Notes: generated by a model not told the origin, from the sequence alone. Counted from the stretch's first letter, positions 33,471 through 46,647 are shown. The stretch: DNA of 64,000 bases from Actinomycetota bacterium (GCA_963169225.1 CAUJDH010000030.1:8738-72737); one strand, 5' to 3'. Numbers and translations: made by a program.

Positions 33471-34487
33471 GTGATTTCGTATAGAGTGGGCATCGTGGAT
33501 CCCGCCCAGTCCCCAGACACCTCTTTGTCGCCTAGCGTTGTCACGCCTGACGAGCAATCAGTCGTGCCAGGCAAACGGGTCGAGCGCGAGCGTACTACGC
33601 GGACGAAAAAGCCGACTCGATCGAAGTTTGCTGCCTATATAGCGTTGACTAAGCCACGCATTATCGAGCTGCTGCTCGTCACAACTGTTCCCACCATGTT
33701 CCTGGCCGCAGGTGGGTTCCCAGGTCTCTGGGTCACTATCGCGACTCTGATTGGTGGGGCATTGGCAGCTGGTGGAGCCAACACGCTTAACTGCTACATC
33801 GACCGCGATATTGATGCGGTTATGAAGCGTACGGGTCACCGCCCCCTTGTTACCGGCGAGGTGACTCCTAGGAATGCGCTGATTTTTGGCCTCGCGTTGA
33901 GTGTGGCTTCGGCTCTTTGGCTTTGGGCCACGGTGAACCTGCTGTCGGCGGTTCTAGCTTCTGGCGCTATCGCCTTCTACGTCATCATCTACACCCTCGG
34001 CCTCAAGCGCCGCACAGCGCAGAACATCGTGTGGGGTGGAGCTGCTGGATGTTTCCCCGTGCTTATCGGATGGTCGGCGGTGACCAACACTCTAAGCTGG
34101 GCGGCACTAGTGTTGTTCATGATTATCTTCCTGTGGACACCGCCGCACTACTGGCCATTGGCTATCAAGAACAAAGATGACTACGCGACCGCCGGTGTGC
34201 CGATGCTGCCAGTCGTGGCCAGCAACAAGCGTGTTGCTATCGAGACGGTTATCTACAGCTGGGCCATGGTGGCATGCTCACTCGTGTTGATCCCAGTCGC
34301 TCACATGGGTTGGGTCTACACCGTTGCAGCAATCGTGACCGGTGGCTTCTTCATCTTCGAAGCTCAGATGATTCTGCGCCGGGTCATCAAGAATGTGGAT
34401 CCGAAGCCAATGCGCTTATTCCACTACTCGATTACTTACTTGTCGCTACTGTTCCTAGCAATCGCCATCGACCCGTTCTTTGTCTAG
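33471..34487 (+). CDS. ctaB: Protoheme IX farnesyltransferase (heme O synthase)
   Basis: UbiA-type motif [19 protein letters not shown] and a polytopic membrane profile. The exact start is uncertain because the N-terminal roughly 40 aa are not conserved-looking. Confidence 0.9.
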   Translation: MISYRVGIVDPAQSPDTSLSPSVVTPDEQSVVPGKRVERERTTRTKKPTRSKFAAYIALTKPRIIELLLVTTVPTMFLAAGGFPGLWVTIATLIGGALAAGGANTLNCYIDRDIDAVMKRTGHRPLVTGEVTPRNALIFGLALSVASALWLWATVNLLSAVLASGAIAFYVIIYTLGLKRRTAQNIVWGGAAGCFPVLIGWSAVTNTLSWAALVLFMIIFLWTPPHYWPLAIKNKDDYATAGVPMLPVVASNKRVAIETVIYSWAMVACSLVLIPVAHMGWVYTVAAIVTGGFFIFEAQMILRRVIKNVDPKPMRLFHYSITYLSLLFLAIAIDPFFV

Positions 34488-36256
34488 AGCTGGATGTGAA
34501 GGCCGGTCCAGCGGTCTCGAAGCCAGCGATCGTGGCTGGCGATTATAACGATTCCTGGATAGTCGGGGATTTGTTCTTCGAGCACAGATACCAAGGACAA
34601 CGCTAGGTGATTTGTCGGCTCATCCAATAAGAGAATGTCAGGTGACTGAGCCAGCACTATAGCTAGTTCTAGTCGCTTGAGTTGGCCAACGCTGAGAGCG
34701 TCAACTGGTAGATCTTCATCGGACTCTCTGAGGAGGCCAAAGCTTCCGATTGTATTCCTCATCGCGCAATCTGCACCTACGGCTGAAGTGAATGCTTCTG
34801 CGGCTGTAGGGCTTCCTTCTGGTGAGTTTGTAACTTCGGCATTGGGTGTGTTGGACAGAAGCTTTGGAATCCTGTTCTCTTGATGAAGCAGTCCTATACG
34901 GGCATCAGGCGAGCGCCTGATGCTACCGCCTGTCGGCGTGAGTTCACCCGCAATCAAACGTAGAAGAGTTGATTTGCCTGTGCCGTTTACCCCCGTTACA
35001 AGCAACTTCTCATCTGGTGCCAGCTTGAATGACACTGGTTCTAACCGACTTTCCAATTCGAGATTCGACACAGCTAAACCTTGGCGCGACTTTTCGAGCT
35101 GTGAGTCGTGTCTAGCGACGGCCATTGCACTGAATCGAGGTTCGGTCGGAGGCTTCGCTATTTGATTGGATTTCAGAGTCTCAAAACGAGCCGTAGAATT
35201 TTTGACTCGTCGAGAAACCACAGCAGCATTTCGGTCTGCGTGAAACTTCTTGGCTGCTCCGCCTTCGGTTCGTGGCTTCCAGTCAAGGTGGCCAATTTGT
35301 TGACTATCTTGGATAACCCTATGCAACCTCTCTAGTTCGGCCTGTTCATCTCTGTACTGCCGCTGCCATTGAATGCGAGCGAGCGCTCGCGCCGCTAGAT
35401 AGTCACTGTATTTTCCGGTGAACTCGCTTATGCCACTGGAATCTTCTTGCACGTGATCAGCTGAATGGTTCTCTTGTGCGGGGATTGGAGAAGGGTCGAG
35501 GTCTGCAACGCCAGTAATCGTAGAATCCAAAAAGGAACGGTCATGGCTCGCGACAAGCACGGGTCCTCGCCAAGTACTAAGGGTTCGTTCAAGGTATTCC
35601 TTGGCGTAGTCATCTAAATGGTTGGTTGGCTCATCTAGTAAAAGAATTTCAGGCTCATGTAGCAACAGCCAGGCAAGTGATAGTCGGGCCAGTTGACCGC
35701 CAGAAAGTTCATCACACCGCCGATCCTCGGTAATATCTTCCAACCCTAGCCCTGACAGGGTGGTAGCAATTGTGTAGTCGATGTCCCATGCATTGAGTCG
35801 TTCTGCCTCCGTCAAGGCAACGGCATACCGTTCGACAACATTGGTGTCTGACGGCGCTTTGGCTATCTCTTGCGCCAGGCTATCGACCCTGTCAGTCACC
35901 ATCCGGACCCGTTTGATTGCAGATTCGATTGCTTGGGCCACTGTGGCGTCGGGTGCAAATGGTGGAGTCTGGTGGAAGAGGCCGACAGCAGTTCCGAATT
36001 GTGTCTCGTGTCGAACCGTGCCTTGGTCGGGCGTGAGCAGCCCAGCGGCGACCTTTAACAAGGTTGATTTTCCAGAACCATTCTCGCCAATTAAACCGAT
36101 ACGTTGCCCGGAAGAAACCGTCAATGAGATGTCGGTAAGTACCTTGCGGTTGCCCAGTGTGAGTGAAATACCGTCGATCCGTAGATGTGAGGTCCGCAAC
36201 AGACGAGACGAACGTTCAGGTTGAGGATTGAAAAAAGAAGAAAGGTTTGAAGTCAT
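34484..36256 (-). CDS. ABC-F family ATPase (two ABC domains, no TM domain)
   Basis: 590 aa. Walker [13 protein letters not shown] and [12 protein letters not shown], signatures LSGGQ and LSVGQ, Walker [11 protein letters not shown] twice, and an inter-domain linker rich in R/Q/E. Confidence 0.88.
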   Translation of the reverse strand: MTSNLSSFFNPQPERSSRLLRTSHLRIDGISLTLGNRKVLTDISLTVSSGQRIGLIGENGSGKSTLLKVAAGLLTPDQGTVRHETQFGTAVGLFHQTPPFAPDATVAQAIESAIKRVRMVTDRVDSLAQEIAKAPSDTNVVERYAVALTEAERLNAWDIDYTIATTLSGLGLEDITEDRRCDELSGGQLARLSLAWLLLHEPEILLLDEPTNHLDDYAKEYLERTLSTWRGPVLVASHDRSFLDSTITGVADLDPSPIPAQENHSADHVQEDSSGISEFTGKYSDYLAARALARIQWQRQYRDEQAELERLHRVIQDSQQIGHLDWKPRTEGGAAKKFHADRNAAVVSRRVKNSTARFETLKSNQIAKPPTEPRFSAMAVARHDSQLEKSRQGLAVSNLELESRLEPVSFKLAPDEKLLVTGVNGTGKSTLLRLIAGELTPTGGSIRRSPDARIGLLHQENRIPKLLSNTPNAEVTNSPEGSPTAAEAFTSAVGADCAMRNTIGSFGLLRESDEDLPVDALSVGQLKRLELAIVLAQSPDILLLDEPTNHLALSLVSVLEEQIPDYPGIVIIASHDRWLRDRWTGLHIQL

Positions 36257-36263
36257 GCATGTC

Positions 36264-36333
36264 CTTGAGCTTGAGTGACACCGCAGAATCCTGCCGGGCT
36301 GGGCCGCAGATGCAGGAATGTCAGAAGCTCAAG
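36264..36333 (-). promoter_or_regulatory. Imperfect ~70-nt RNA hairpin in the ABC-F leader, overlapping the SD candidate
   Basis: 36264..36272 (cttgagctt) pairs with 36325..36333 (aagctcaag). 36276..36279 pairs with 36320..36323. 36289..36294 pairs with 36312..36317. 36295..36297 pairs with 36304..36306. On the minus-strand RNA the 3' arm runs into AAGGACAUGC-AUG. Confidence 0.5.
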
Positions 36334-36415
36334 AATCCATGAAAACGTTCTACCACAAAGGCAGTTTTGCTAAACATCTAACGCATGCGAAAGGTGCGTG
36401 GTGAAGCCTTAGTCG

Positions 36416-37420
36416 CTAGCCGCGCTCTACTTCTGAGAAGTGTGTCGTTAGGACGGCTAGCCATACGGCGCAGGCACCGAGTAAGTGGAACATGACCAGA
36501 ACCCACGGCACAGCCAAGAAGTATTGCGTGTAGCCGATCACGCCTTGAGCTAGGCAAATTACGATGAGAATCCAGGCTCGCTTTAGGATCCGCTTTGGTG
36601 CTCTGGTGGCGATCAGACAAGCGATGAGGCCGACGATCAGGCCAATGAAGACCATCACCGAATCAGCGTGAAGCCAACTCATGGTTTGCACATTGAACGG
36701 GAGACGATGTTCGACGTCAGCATCGCCTGAGTGGGGGCCTGAGCCGGTGACGATTGTTCCGAGGGTCAGTACAACAAAGCCAACAACCACCACGGCCCAT
36801 GAAAGCCAGCGAACTGCAGGATGCACGACAATCCGGACAGGTTCGTCAGCTGGCTGCTTGGAGCGAACCACCAGCGCCAAACTTGCTGCCATGAGCAGTG
36901 CAGAGACCAAGAAGTGTGCTGCCACGTAGAGAGGATTCAGGCCGGTGATCACAGTCAATCCGCCGAGAAATGCCTGAGCGAAGGTGCCAACCAAGGGGAC
37001 AACAGCTAGCCATTGCAGGCGAGTGCGCGATTGGGCACCTGCCTGCACACGGCGACGGTTCCAGAGGATCACCCCGACGAGGGTGGCGATCGCCAAAACC
37101 GTCAAGACGAAGGTCAGCGTGCGATTGCCGAACTCAATGAACTTGTGGAATCCCTCTTCTTGGGCCGACACGGGAACAAGCGACTCTGGCGTGCACTGTG
37201 GCCAGGTCGGACATCCCAGCCCTGATCCTGTAAGGCGGACTAGTCCTCCGGTGATCACGATGCCGGTTTGGGCAATCAAATTGCCGACGAGGATGTTGTA
37301 GAGCCAACGTGGCACGCGACCAGTTGTTTGATCGCCTGGTACGTGATCGTTGGGTGTAGCGGTTTGGGTGGTCAATGTTCTACTCCCACTTGAAGAACTT
37401 GATAGTGAGAAGTGAACCAA
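36416..37420 (-). CDS. ctaA: Heme A synthase (COX15/CtaA)
   Basis: GSGLGCPTWPQC motif, about 8 TM segments, and His residues in paired helices. An alternative TTG start at 37375 would remove the 41-nt overlap with the upstream permease gene. Confidence 0.88.
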   Translation of the reverse strand: MVHFSLSSSSSGSRTLTTQTATPNDHVPGDQTTGRVPRWLYNILVGNLIAQTGIVITGGLVRLTGSGLGCPTWPQCTPESLVPVSAQEEGFHKFIEFGNRTLTFVLTVLAIATLVGVILWNRRRVQAGAQSRTRLQWLAVVPLVGTFAQAFLGGLTVITGLNPLYVAAHFLVSALLMAASLALVVRSKQPADEPVRIVVHPAVRWLSWAVVVVGFVVLTLGTIVTGSGPHSGDADVEHRLPFNVQTMSWLHADSVMVFIGLIVGLIACLIATRAPKRILKRAWILIVICLAQGVIGYTQYFLAVPWVLVMFHLLGACAVWLAVLTTHFSEVERG

Positions 37421-38162
37421 TAACGCCCCAAAGTACGAGCACTAAGGCAGCTGAACCGTCGAAAGCTCCTGACCCCATAGCGGCGCGTAATCCTTCGCCC
37501 AGAGCGCCAGACGGCAAGCTGCCAGCGAACGAAGCCATCCAGGCTGGGGCGTTGGTTAGGGGGATCATGACGCCGCCAACAAACATCAGCAGTAAGAACA
37601 CAGCGTTCGCAACAGCCAGTGTTGCCTCTGCCCGCAGCGTTCCCGCTAGTAATAGTGCCAGTGCCGTTAGGCTGATCGTGCCCAACACGATGAATATGAG
37701 TGCGTTGAGTGCATTCCCGTGAGCTCGCCATCCCAAGGCAATGCCCAAGATCAAGATCAGCACGATCTGAACGAACTCGACGGCAAGGATCGCTAGGATT
37801 CGCGAGGCTAGTAACCGTCCACGCGACAGGGGAGTTGTGCCCAGTAACTTGATCACGCCATACCTGCGGTCAAATCCGGTACTGATCGCCTGCGAGGCGA
37901 ACGCCGTGGCCAAGATAGCCAGTGCGATCGTTCCCGGCACGATTACTTGGATGCGATCGTCAGTACCTAGGTCGATGCCGGACACAAAATTAAGACCGAC
38001 CATGGCGGCGAGCGGAATTATCAAAGTTAGGAGGATCTGCTCGCCATTGCGCAAGATCAAGCCAAATTCGAACTTTGCGTGATTTGACACCATTTTGAGT
38101 GCACCAGCTGAACCAGGCGCAGGTGTGAAGCCTTCGGTGGTGACATTCTCAGTCGTTGTCAC
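37380..38162 (-). CDS. ABC-2 type transporter permease
   Basis: 260 aa with 6 predicted TM segments. It is coupled by a 4-nt overlap to the ABC ATPase upstream. Confidence 0.8.
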   Translation of the reverse strand: MTTTENVTTEGFTPAPGSAGALKMVSNHAKFEFGLILRNGEQILLTLIIPLAAMVGLNFVSGIDLGTDDRIQVIVPGTIALAILATAFASQAISTGFDRRYGVIKLLGTTPLSRGRLLASRILAILAVEFVQIVLILILGIALGWRAHGNALNALIFIVLGTISLTALALLLAGTLRAEATLAVANAVFLLLMFVGGVMIPLTNAPAWMASFAGSLPSGALGEGLRAAMGSGAFDGSAALVLVLWGVIGSLLTIKFFKWE

Positions 38163-39148
38163 AGTTCACCACCTTGTAGGTCGAGGCGGGTGATGACGTC
38201 TTCGAGACGCTCTTGTTCGGTGGAGACGCTCGTCAACGGAATTGAATTGGCGACGCACCAGTTGGTGAGTTTGGCTAAGGTTTCCACGTCGCTGGCCGAC
38301 ATGATCCGGTAGCTGCCAGGAGCGAACTCTTCGACCGAAAGGTGGTCGTCTAGTTCGGCTGACAAGGTCGAGAAGTCAATACCGACAGCAGCGTTGAAGC
38401 GAATGCTGGCACGGTCCTGCTGAGTGAACTCGACAGGTGACCCCTCAGCGACAAGCTGACCGTTGTTAATCAACACGATCTTGTCGGCCAAACGTTCGAC
38501 ATCCTCCATCTGATGGGTCGTGAGGATAATGCCAACGCCCGCTGCCCGCAGCGAGTGGATGATCTCCCACACCACGTTGCGGGTCTCAAGATCCATGCCG
38601 GCAGTTGGTTCATCAAGGAACACAACCTCTGGTCTACCGATAATCGAGATCGCAAACTTGAGTTTTTGCTGTTCGCCGCCAGACATCCTTCGATACGTAG
38701 ACGTCACTGCGTTAAGTCCAAGAGTGTCGGCAAGTTCATCTGGATCTAACGGGTTGGCGTAGAGGGAAGCCATATACCTAAGGGCCTCGTCGGCTTTGGA
38801 ACCCAGTGGAACCCCGCCGTCCTGGAGCATGACACCAACTCGGGCAGTCAGCTCCTTATGATGTCTGCGAGAGTCCAAACCCAGAACAGTGATTGAACCC
38901 GCGCTAGCTTTGTGGAACCCCTCGCAGGTTTCGACTGTTGTTGTCTTGCCTGCACCATTTGGTCCCAGCAGGGCGGTTACTTGACCCATTTCTGCAGTGA
39001 ACGAAAGGCCATTGACGGCTAGATGCTTGCCACGATGGACTGCCAATTTCTCAACCGAGACTGCGGCTGCCGGGGTCGGCGATTCGACTGGCGACTCAGA
39101 GGTTGAACCGCCAGACGAAATACTGTCGGCGGAGAGGGCATTGGACAC
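38159..39148 (-). CDS. ABC transporter ATP-binding protein (DrrA/CcmA-like)
   Basis: Motifs GPNGAGKTT, MSGGEQQKL, VFLDEPTAGMD. Confidence 0.88.
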   Translation of the reverse strand: MSNALSADSISSGGSTSESPVESPTPAAAVSVEKLAVHRGKHLAVNGLSFTAEMGQVTALLGPNGAGKTTTVETCEGFHKASAGSITVLGLDSRRHHKELTARVGVMLQDGGVPLGSKADEALRYMASLYANPLDPDELADTLGLNAVTSTYRRMSGGEQQKLKFAISIIGRPEVVFLDEPTAGMDLETRNVVWEIIHSLRAAGVGIILTTHQMEDVERLADKIVLINNGQLVAEGSPVEFTQQDRASIRFNAAVGIDFSTLSAELDDHLSVEEFAPGSYRIMSASDVETLAKLTNWCVANSIPLTSVSTEQERLEDVITRLDLQGGEL

Positions 39149-39167
39149 CTTATGAGTCTAAGCCGTA

Positions 39168-39743
39168 GTGTCCTTAGCTGTGGTCAGGACTATTGCATTA
39201 TTAGGTGGTGAGTCGTCCGGGAAGACGACTCTTGCCTCCGAACTTGCGGAAACCCTGTCGATTTCAAACTCGGTTGCCGTTACCGGCGAGGTTCTCCGGG
39301 ACTTTGTGGCCAAAGAAGGCCGAGCCCCCAATGTTGATGAGCAGAACGCGATCCTCAAGCTCCAGATTCAGTCAGAGGCCGATTGCACCCGCGAAGTCCT
39401 GGGCGACGAAGACTGGAACTTGGACCCAGATCGGGCTTTCGTGATCGCTGACCCCTCAGTCCTCATGACCGCGGTGTATTCGATCCTGTACTTCGATGAC
39501 GATTCACTGGTCGAACGAGCGGTTCGTCATGCGAGGGGATATGACTTGCATCTCTGGTGCCTGGGTGACTTCGAGTGGCAGCCAGAGCCAGGTGTCCGCG
39601 ATGGAGCTTCTTATCGAGATAGGGCAGAGCAGATCATCGACCAGATTGCGGTCACTTACAGCTTGGACTTAGTGAGCCTTCAAGGTTCGGTAGAACAGCG
39701 TGTTCTTCAGGTCGAACAGGCACTTGCCGAAATTGGTATGTGA
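39168..39743 (+). CDS. AAA_28/NadR-kinase-like P-loop ATPase
   Basis: IALLGGESSGKTTLASELA is the GGESxGKTTL Walker A of NadR-type ribosylnicotinamide-kinase-like domains. 191 aa, no other domain. Confidence 0.6.
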   Translation: MSLAVVRTIALLGGESSGKTTLASELAETLSISNSVAVTGEVLRDFVAKEGRAPNVDEQNAILKLQIQSEADCTREVLGDEDWNLDPDRAFVIADPSVLMTAVYSILYFDDDSLVERAVRHARGYDLHLWCLGDFEWQPEPGVRDGASYRDRAEQIIDQIAVTYSLDLVSLQGSVEQRVLQVEQALAEIGM

Positions 39744-39796
39744 TCAGTAACTCACGGACCCCTCTTCCGCTCGCGAACTAAATAAGACACAATAGA

Positions 39797-40510
39797 GTGG
39801 TGAAATTAGAACTCGCGAACGAAAGTCGGCTGACTAGCGCAGCCCGACGTGTGGCGCGGCAGATCCTCGAGAATGGGCCTGCCAGCGTTGCTGAACTTTG
39901 CGAGCAACTAAATCTGACCCCGACCGCAGTACGTCGGCCACTTGAACTTCTCGAATCTGAGGGTGTTCTGGAAGCCCATGAGCGGGCACCGTTTGGCCCG
40001 ACCAAACCTCATGGTCGTGGACGCCCAGCTAAGGTTTATTCACTCACGACGCGAGGTCGCGAGGCGTTCGACCAGTCCTATGACGACGTGGCTATCGCTG
40101 CCATCAAGTTCATCGAAAGTCTCGGCGGCGAAGATGCTGTCGCGAACTTTGCCAAGACCCGCGCCGAAGAGTTCCGTGCCCGACTTGATGAAGCTGTACC
40201 GGCAGACCTCGACACCCGAGCCAAAGTTGCCGAAATTGCTAGAGCATTGAGCGATCAAGGTTATGCGGCCGCAGTGGCTGAAACAGGCGAGCTCGGAGTG
40301 CAGCTGTGCCAGCACCATTGCCCGATTGCCCACGTGGCCACTGAGTTCTCGGAGTTCTGTGAGGCAGAAACTCAAGCACTCAGTGATGCGCTTGAGGTTC
40401 ACGTCACGCGGCTTGCGACTATCGGTGCGGGCGACGGCGTTTGCACTACCCACATTCCATTGCACGAGGTAACCGACAAGACAAACGACAAACAACCAGT
40501 TCTGAACTAG
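39797..40510 (+). CDS. sufR: SufR-like winged-helix regulator of the suf operon
   Basis: [33 protein letters not shown] and C-terminal Cys ligands ([11 protein letters not shown]...FCEAE...CTTH). It lies directly upstream of sufB. Confidence 0.8.
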   Translation: MVKLELANESRLTSAARRVARQILENGPASVAELCEQLNLTPTAVRRPLELLESEGVLEAHERAPFGPTKPHGRGRPAKVYSLTTRGREAFDQSYDDVAIAAIKFIESLGGEDAVANFAKTRAEEFRARLDEAVPADLDTRAKVAEIARALSDQGYAAAVAETGELGVQLCQHHCPIAHVATEFSEFCEAETQALSDALEVHVTRLATIGAGDGVCTTHIPLHEVTDKTNDKQPVLN

Positions 40511-40569
40511 CTCTCGCCCAAAACGAGCTAGCTAAGAACACAGCCAAGACCCGAGGAGAGGAACGCGAC

Positions 40570-41985
40570 ATGTCTGAGACAGTCGTCCATCCAGAGTTGG
40601 ATGGTATTGGAAATTACGAATACGGTTGGCACGACCGCGACGAAGCTGGCGCGATCGCCAAGCGTGGTTTGTCAGAACAAGTGGTGCGCGAGATCAGTGC
40701 GCTCAAGAGTGAACCCGAGTGGATGCTGGAGCAGCGTCTTAAAGGTCTGCGCCTGTTCGATAAGAAGCCGATGCCGAACTGGGGTTCTGACCTGTCGGGA
40801 ATCGACTTCGACAACATCAAGTACTTCGTGCGCTCCACTGAGAACCAGGCAGCTTCGTGGGAAGACCTGCCTGACGACATCAAGAACACTTACGACAAGC
40901 TCGGCATCCCAGAGGCCGAGAAGCAGCGTCTCGTGGCTGGTGTTGCGGCTCAGTACGAGAGTGAAGTGGTTTACCACAAGATCCGCGACGATCTCGAAGA
41001 GAAGGGCGTCATCTTTGTCGACACCGACACCGGACTCAAAGAGCACGAAGAGCTCTTCAAGGAGTACTTCGGCACGGTGATTCCGGTTGGTGACAATAAG
41101 TTCGCCGCGCTCAACACTGCTGTGTGGTCGGGTGGATCTTTCATCTACGTGCCGCCAGGTGTCCATGTGGATATTCCGTTGCAGGCGTACTTCCGAATCA
41201 ATACCGAGAACATGGGTCAGTTTGAGCGCACGCTCATCATCGTCGACGAAGGTGCCTATGTGCACTATGTCGAGGGATGTACTGCCCCGATCTACAGCTC
41301 GGACTCGCTACACAGCGCGGTAGTTGAGATCATCGTCAAGAAAGGCGGCCGCTGCCGTTACACGACGATTCAGAACTGGTCCAACAACGTCTACAACCTC
41401 GTGACTAAGCGCGCTGTTGCCCAAGAAGGCGCAACGATGGAATGGGTCGATGGCAATATCGGTTCCAAGGTGACGATGAAGTACCCGGCGATTTGGCTGA
41501 CGGGCGAGCATGCCAAGGGTGAGACTTTGTCGATTGCGTTTTCAGGCGAGGGTCAGCACCAGGATGCTGGCGCCAAGATGGTGCATGCAGCCCCCAACAC
41601 GTCCTCATCGATCGTGTCCAAGTCAGTGGCGCGCGGTGGCGGGCGTACTTCGTACCGCGGGCTAGTCCAAGTGCTTGAGGGTGCCAAGAACTCCAAGTCA
41701 AACGTGCTGTGCGACGCACTGCTCGTTGACCAGATTTCGCGTTCGGACACCTACCCCTATGTCGATGTGCGTGAAGATGACGTCCACATGGGTCACGAGG
41801 CAACCGTCTCGCGCGTGAGTGAAGAGCAGCTGTTCTACCTCATGTCGCGTGGAATGGAAGAGACAGAAGCGATGGCCATGATCGTGCGTGGATTCGTCGA
41901 GCCAATCGCTCGCGAACTCCCGATGGAATACGCGCTCGAACTCAACCGCCTGATCGAGCTACAAATGGAAGGAGCCGTCGGCTGA
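40570..41985 (+). CDS. sufB: Fe-S cluster assembly scaffold SufB
   Basis: The ATG at 40570 follows GGAGAGGA. Motifs [46 protein letters not shown]. Confidence 0.95.
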   Translation: MSETVVHPELDGIGNYEYGWHDRDEAGAIAKRGLSEQVVREISALKSEPEWMLEQRLKGLRLFDKKPMPNWGSDLSGIDFDNIKYFVRSTENQAASWEDLPDDIKNTYDKLGIPEAEKQRLVAGVAAQYESEVVYHKIRDDLEEKGVIFVDTDTGLKEHEELFKEYFGTVIPVGDNKFAALNTAVWSGGSFIYVPPGVHVDIPLQAYFRINTENMGQFERTLIIVDEGAYVHYVEGCTAPIYSSDSLHSAVVEIIVKKGGRCRYTTIQNWSNNVYNLVTKRAVAQEGATMEWVDGNIGSKVTMKYPAIWLTGEHAKGETLSIAFSGEGQHQDAGAKMVHAAPNTSSSIVSKSVARGGGRTSYRGLVQVLEGAKNSKSNVLCDALLVDQISRSDTYPYVDVREDDVHMGHEATVSRVSEEQLFYLMSRGMEETEAMAMIVRGFVEPIARELPMEYALELNRLIELQMEGAVG

Positions 41986-43214
41986 TGTCTACAACTGACG
42001 CTCCCACGAACCAACCCTTGAAGACCGATCATTCCAGAGCACAATTGGCAGGCGATCACAGTCACGTGATCGTTCCTGATGCCTCGCGCGCAGACCGAGT
42101 GACATCGTTCGATCCCGAAACCTTTGGTGTTCCTAACGGGCGTGAAGAGAACTGGCGCTTTTCGCCGGTACGCGACCTAAAGCAGCTGTTCTCGCTTGAC
42201 ACAGGCGAGGGCCACCTTGAGTGGCACTTGCCAGAGCTACCCGCGGGCGTCACCTTTAGTGAGGTGTCCGCCGATGAAGCGCAAGCTCGTTCGGTCAAGG
42301 CGCCAGCTGATCGTGCTTCGGCGATTGCTACTGCCAAGAGTGGCGGTGCTGCTGTCTTGTCGATCGCACCGGGTGCTCAGGTTGACGAGCCGATCGTGAT
42401 CGAACAGGTGGGTAGCGGGGAAGATGCACGTGGCCATGTCCTGATCGAGGCTGGTGACGGTTCGAGTGCAGCTGTGATTATCAAGCGCACTGGATCCGCT
42501 GTTTACTCCGAATTCGTTTCGGTTGATGTTTCTGACAATGCGTTCCTCGGTCTCGTCCTTATGCAGGACTGGGACGATGATGCGATTCACGCAGGTGAAG
42601 TTGTAGCCAAACTTGGAGCGAACGCTCACCTGCGTGGATTTGTTATCACGCTCGGTGGCAAGGTTGTGCGTCTCAACACCTCGGCTGCTTTCGCGGGAAT
42701 TGGGGGAGAGATCGAGCTGTTCGGCCTGTACTTTGCCGACGCCGGTCAACACCAAGAACACCAACTGTTCGTCGACCATGCTGTCCCGCGTTGCAAATCT
42801 CGCGTGACCTACAAGGGTGCACTTGCCGGTGAGACCGCACACACCGTTTGGATCGGTGACGTGTTGATTCGTGCTGCGGCCGAAGGTACCGACACCTACG
42901 AACTTAACCGCAACATTGTGCTGACTGATGGCGCTCGAGCTGACTCGGTACCGAACCTGGAGATCGAGACCGGCGAGATCGAAGGTGCTGGTCATGCTTC
43001 GGCAACTGGTCGATTCGACGAAGAGCAGATGTTCTATCTACAGGCTCGAGGGATTGACGTAGATGTTGCCCGCAGGCTCGTACTCCGTGGTTTCTTCGCT
43101 GACGTGGTCGACGAGATCAATAGTGACCAAGTCCGCGAAACCGTCTGGGCCAGTATCGACCAAGAGATCGCCAACTTGGCAGCTCTCGAAGCACCTAGCG
43201 GAGGCGGGTCATGA
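41985..43214 (+). CDS. sufD: Fe-S cluster assembly protein SufD
   Basis: TGATG overlap with sufB. C-terminal beta-helix region with ...ATGRFDEEQMFYLQARG. Confidence 0.9.
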   Translation: MSTTDAPTNQPLKTDHSRAQLAGDHSHVIVPDASRADRVTSFDPETFGVPNGREENWRFSPVRDLKQLFSLDTGEGHLEWHLPELPAGVTFSEVSADEAQARSVKAPADRASAIATAKSGGAAVLSIAPGAQVDEPIVIEQVGSGEDARGHVLIEAGDGSSAAVIIKRTGSAVYSEFVSVDVSDNAFLGLVLMQDWDDDAIHAGEVVAKLGANAHLRGFVITLGGKVVRLNTSAAFAGIGGEIELFGLYFADAGQHQEHQLFVDHAVPRCKSRVTYKGALAGETAHTVWIGDVLIRAAAEGTDTYELNRNIVLTDGARADSVPNLEIETGEIEGAGHASATGRFDEEQMFYLQARGIDVDVARRLVLRGFFADVVDEINSDQVRETVWASIDQEIANLAALEAPSGGGS

Positions 43215-43570
43215 CCGCGGCCACATTGGGCGAGGGATTTGTCGACATCGCAGCGGTGAAGGATCTGGCACCGGGAACAGCTACCTATGTGGATGTTGAC
43301 GGTGTCGATATTGCGCTCGTCAATGTTGATGGCACGATCTACGCAATCAACGACATCTGTTCGCACGCAGAGGTTTCCCTGTCAGAGGGAGAGGTCGAGG
43401 GCTGCTTGATCGAATGTTGGCTGCACGGCTCGCGATTCGACGTGCGCACAGGAGAACCAACCGGACCGCCCGCGGTGGAGCCGGTAGATACATACGCCAT
43501 CAAGATCGATGGCGAAGGGGAAGAAGCAAGAGTTTTGATCGATATCAATCAGGAGGCCACCAATGGCTGA
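43211..43570 (+). CDS. Rieske-type ferredoxin embedded in the suf operon
   Basis: 119 aa with CSHAEVSL and CWLHGSRFD ligand motifs. It overlaps both sufD and sufC. Confidence 0.85.
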   Translation: MTAATLGEGFVDIAAVKDLAPGTATYVDVDGVDIALVNVDGTIYAINDICSHAEVSLSEGEVEGCLIECWLHGSRFDVRTGEPTGPPAVEPVDTYAIKIDGEGEEARVLIDINQEATNG

Positions 43571-44333
43571 GTTAGTTGTCCAAGACCTACACGTTTCGGT
43601 GGAGGGTGAAGAAGGTCCCCGCGAGATCCTAAAAGGGATCGACCTGACTGTTAAGTCAGGGGAAACCCACGTGATTATGGGCCCGAATGGCTCAGGTAAG
43701 TCGACTTTGTCCTATGCGATTGCTGGACACCCTCGTTACGAAATCACCGGCGGTTCGATCGCCCTTGACGGTGAAGATGTCCTCGAGATGTCGGTGGACG
43801 AGCGTGCCAAGGCTGGTCTGTTCCTTGCGATGCAGCATCCCGTCGAGGTTCCAGGCGTCACAGTGTCGAACTTCCTCCGAACTGCAGCAACTGCTGTTCG
43901 TGGTGAAGCTCCTAAGCTGCGTGACTGGCTTAAAGAGATGAACGGTGCACTCGACAGTCTGTCGATGGACCCGGCATTCGCCCAGCGGAATGTCAACGAG
44001 GGATTCTCCGGTGGTGAGCGCAAACGTCACGAGATCCTACAGATGGAACTCCTCAAGCCCAAGATTGCGATCCTCGATGAGACTGACTCTGGTCTCGACG
44101 TGGATGCACTCAAAGTTGTCTCCGAGGGTGTCAATCGCGTCAAGGCGACTGATGACACTGGCCTTCTGTTGATCACCCACACCACGCGCTTGCTCAAGCA
44201 GATTCCTGCTGAGTATGTGCATGTGATCGTTGACGGCAAGATCGTCGAATCCGGCGGCCCTGAGCTTGCCGAGAAGATCGATGCTGAAGGTTACGAGAGC
44301 TTCCTGCCTGCAGCAGCGGCAGCAGCTAAGTAG
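43563..44333 (+). CDS. sufC: Fe-S cluster assembly ATPase SufC
   Basis: Motifs [33 protein letters not shown]. Confidence 0.95.
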   Translation: MAELVVQDLHVSVEGEEGPREILKGIDLTVKSGETHVIMGPNGSGKSTLSYAIAGHPRYEITGGSIALDGEDVLEMSVDERAKAGLFLAMQHPVEVPGVTVSNFLRTAATAVRGEAPKLRDWLKEMNGALDSLSMDPAFAQRNVNEGFSGGERKRHEILQMELLKPKIAILDETDSGLDVDALKVVSEGVNRVKATDDTGLLLITHTTRLLKQIPAEYVHVIVDGKIVESGGPELAEKIDAEGYESFLPAAAAAAK

Positions 44334-46122
<1,789 letters not shown>

Positions 46123-46132
46123 GGAGAGGCCA

Positions 46133-46444
46133 ATGACGGCAACTGACGAAGATGTTCTTGAGGCACTCAAGGATGTTGTGGACCCCGAGCTCGGGATCAA
46201 CGTGGTGGATCTCGGTTTGATCTATGGCGTAACGATGGACACCGACAACACGGTGACTGTCGATATGACGCTAACTTCAGCTGCTTGTCCGCTGACCGAT
46301 GAGATTGAAGACCAGACACGTGGCGCACTTGACGGGGTTGTCGATGACTTCCGAATCAATTGGGTTTGGATGCCGCCTTGGGGTCCAGACAAGATCACCG
46401 ATGAGGGTCGCGAGATGCTTCGTGCCTTGGGTTTCAACGTTTAG
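46133..46444 (+). CDS. DUF59/SufT-like Fe-S assembly protein
   Basis: 103 aa with VVDPELGINVVDLGLIY and TLTSAACP. Confidence 0.85.
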   Translation: MTATDEDVLEALKDVVDPELGINVVDLGLIYGVTMDTDNTVTVDMTLTSAACPLTDEIEDQTRGALDGVVDDFRINWVWMPPWGPDKITDEGREMLRALGFNV

Positions 46445-46647
46445 CCCACTAGGGTTTAGCGCGAGAAGCTAAGGTCTTTATCGGATTTTGGGTCCGATAG
46501 TGTGATCAAGATTATGTAAAACGGTTGACCAAGATCATAATTAGATTTGTAGACCCTCTCGATTCACGCCACAATGGTGAGAAGAAAGAGAATTAAGTTT
46601 TGAAGATCATTTAGAGACTTCGCTTCGGCGGGGACAATAAAAATCAT

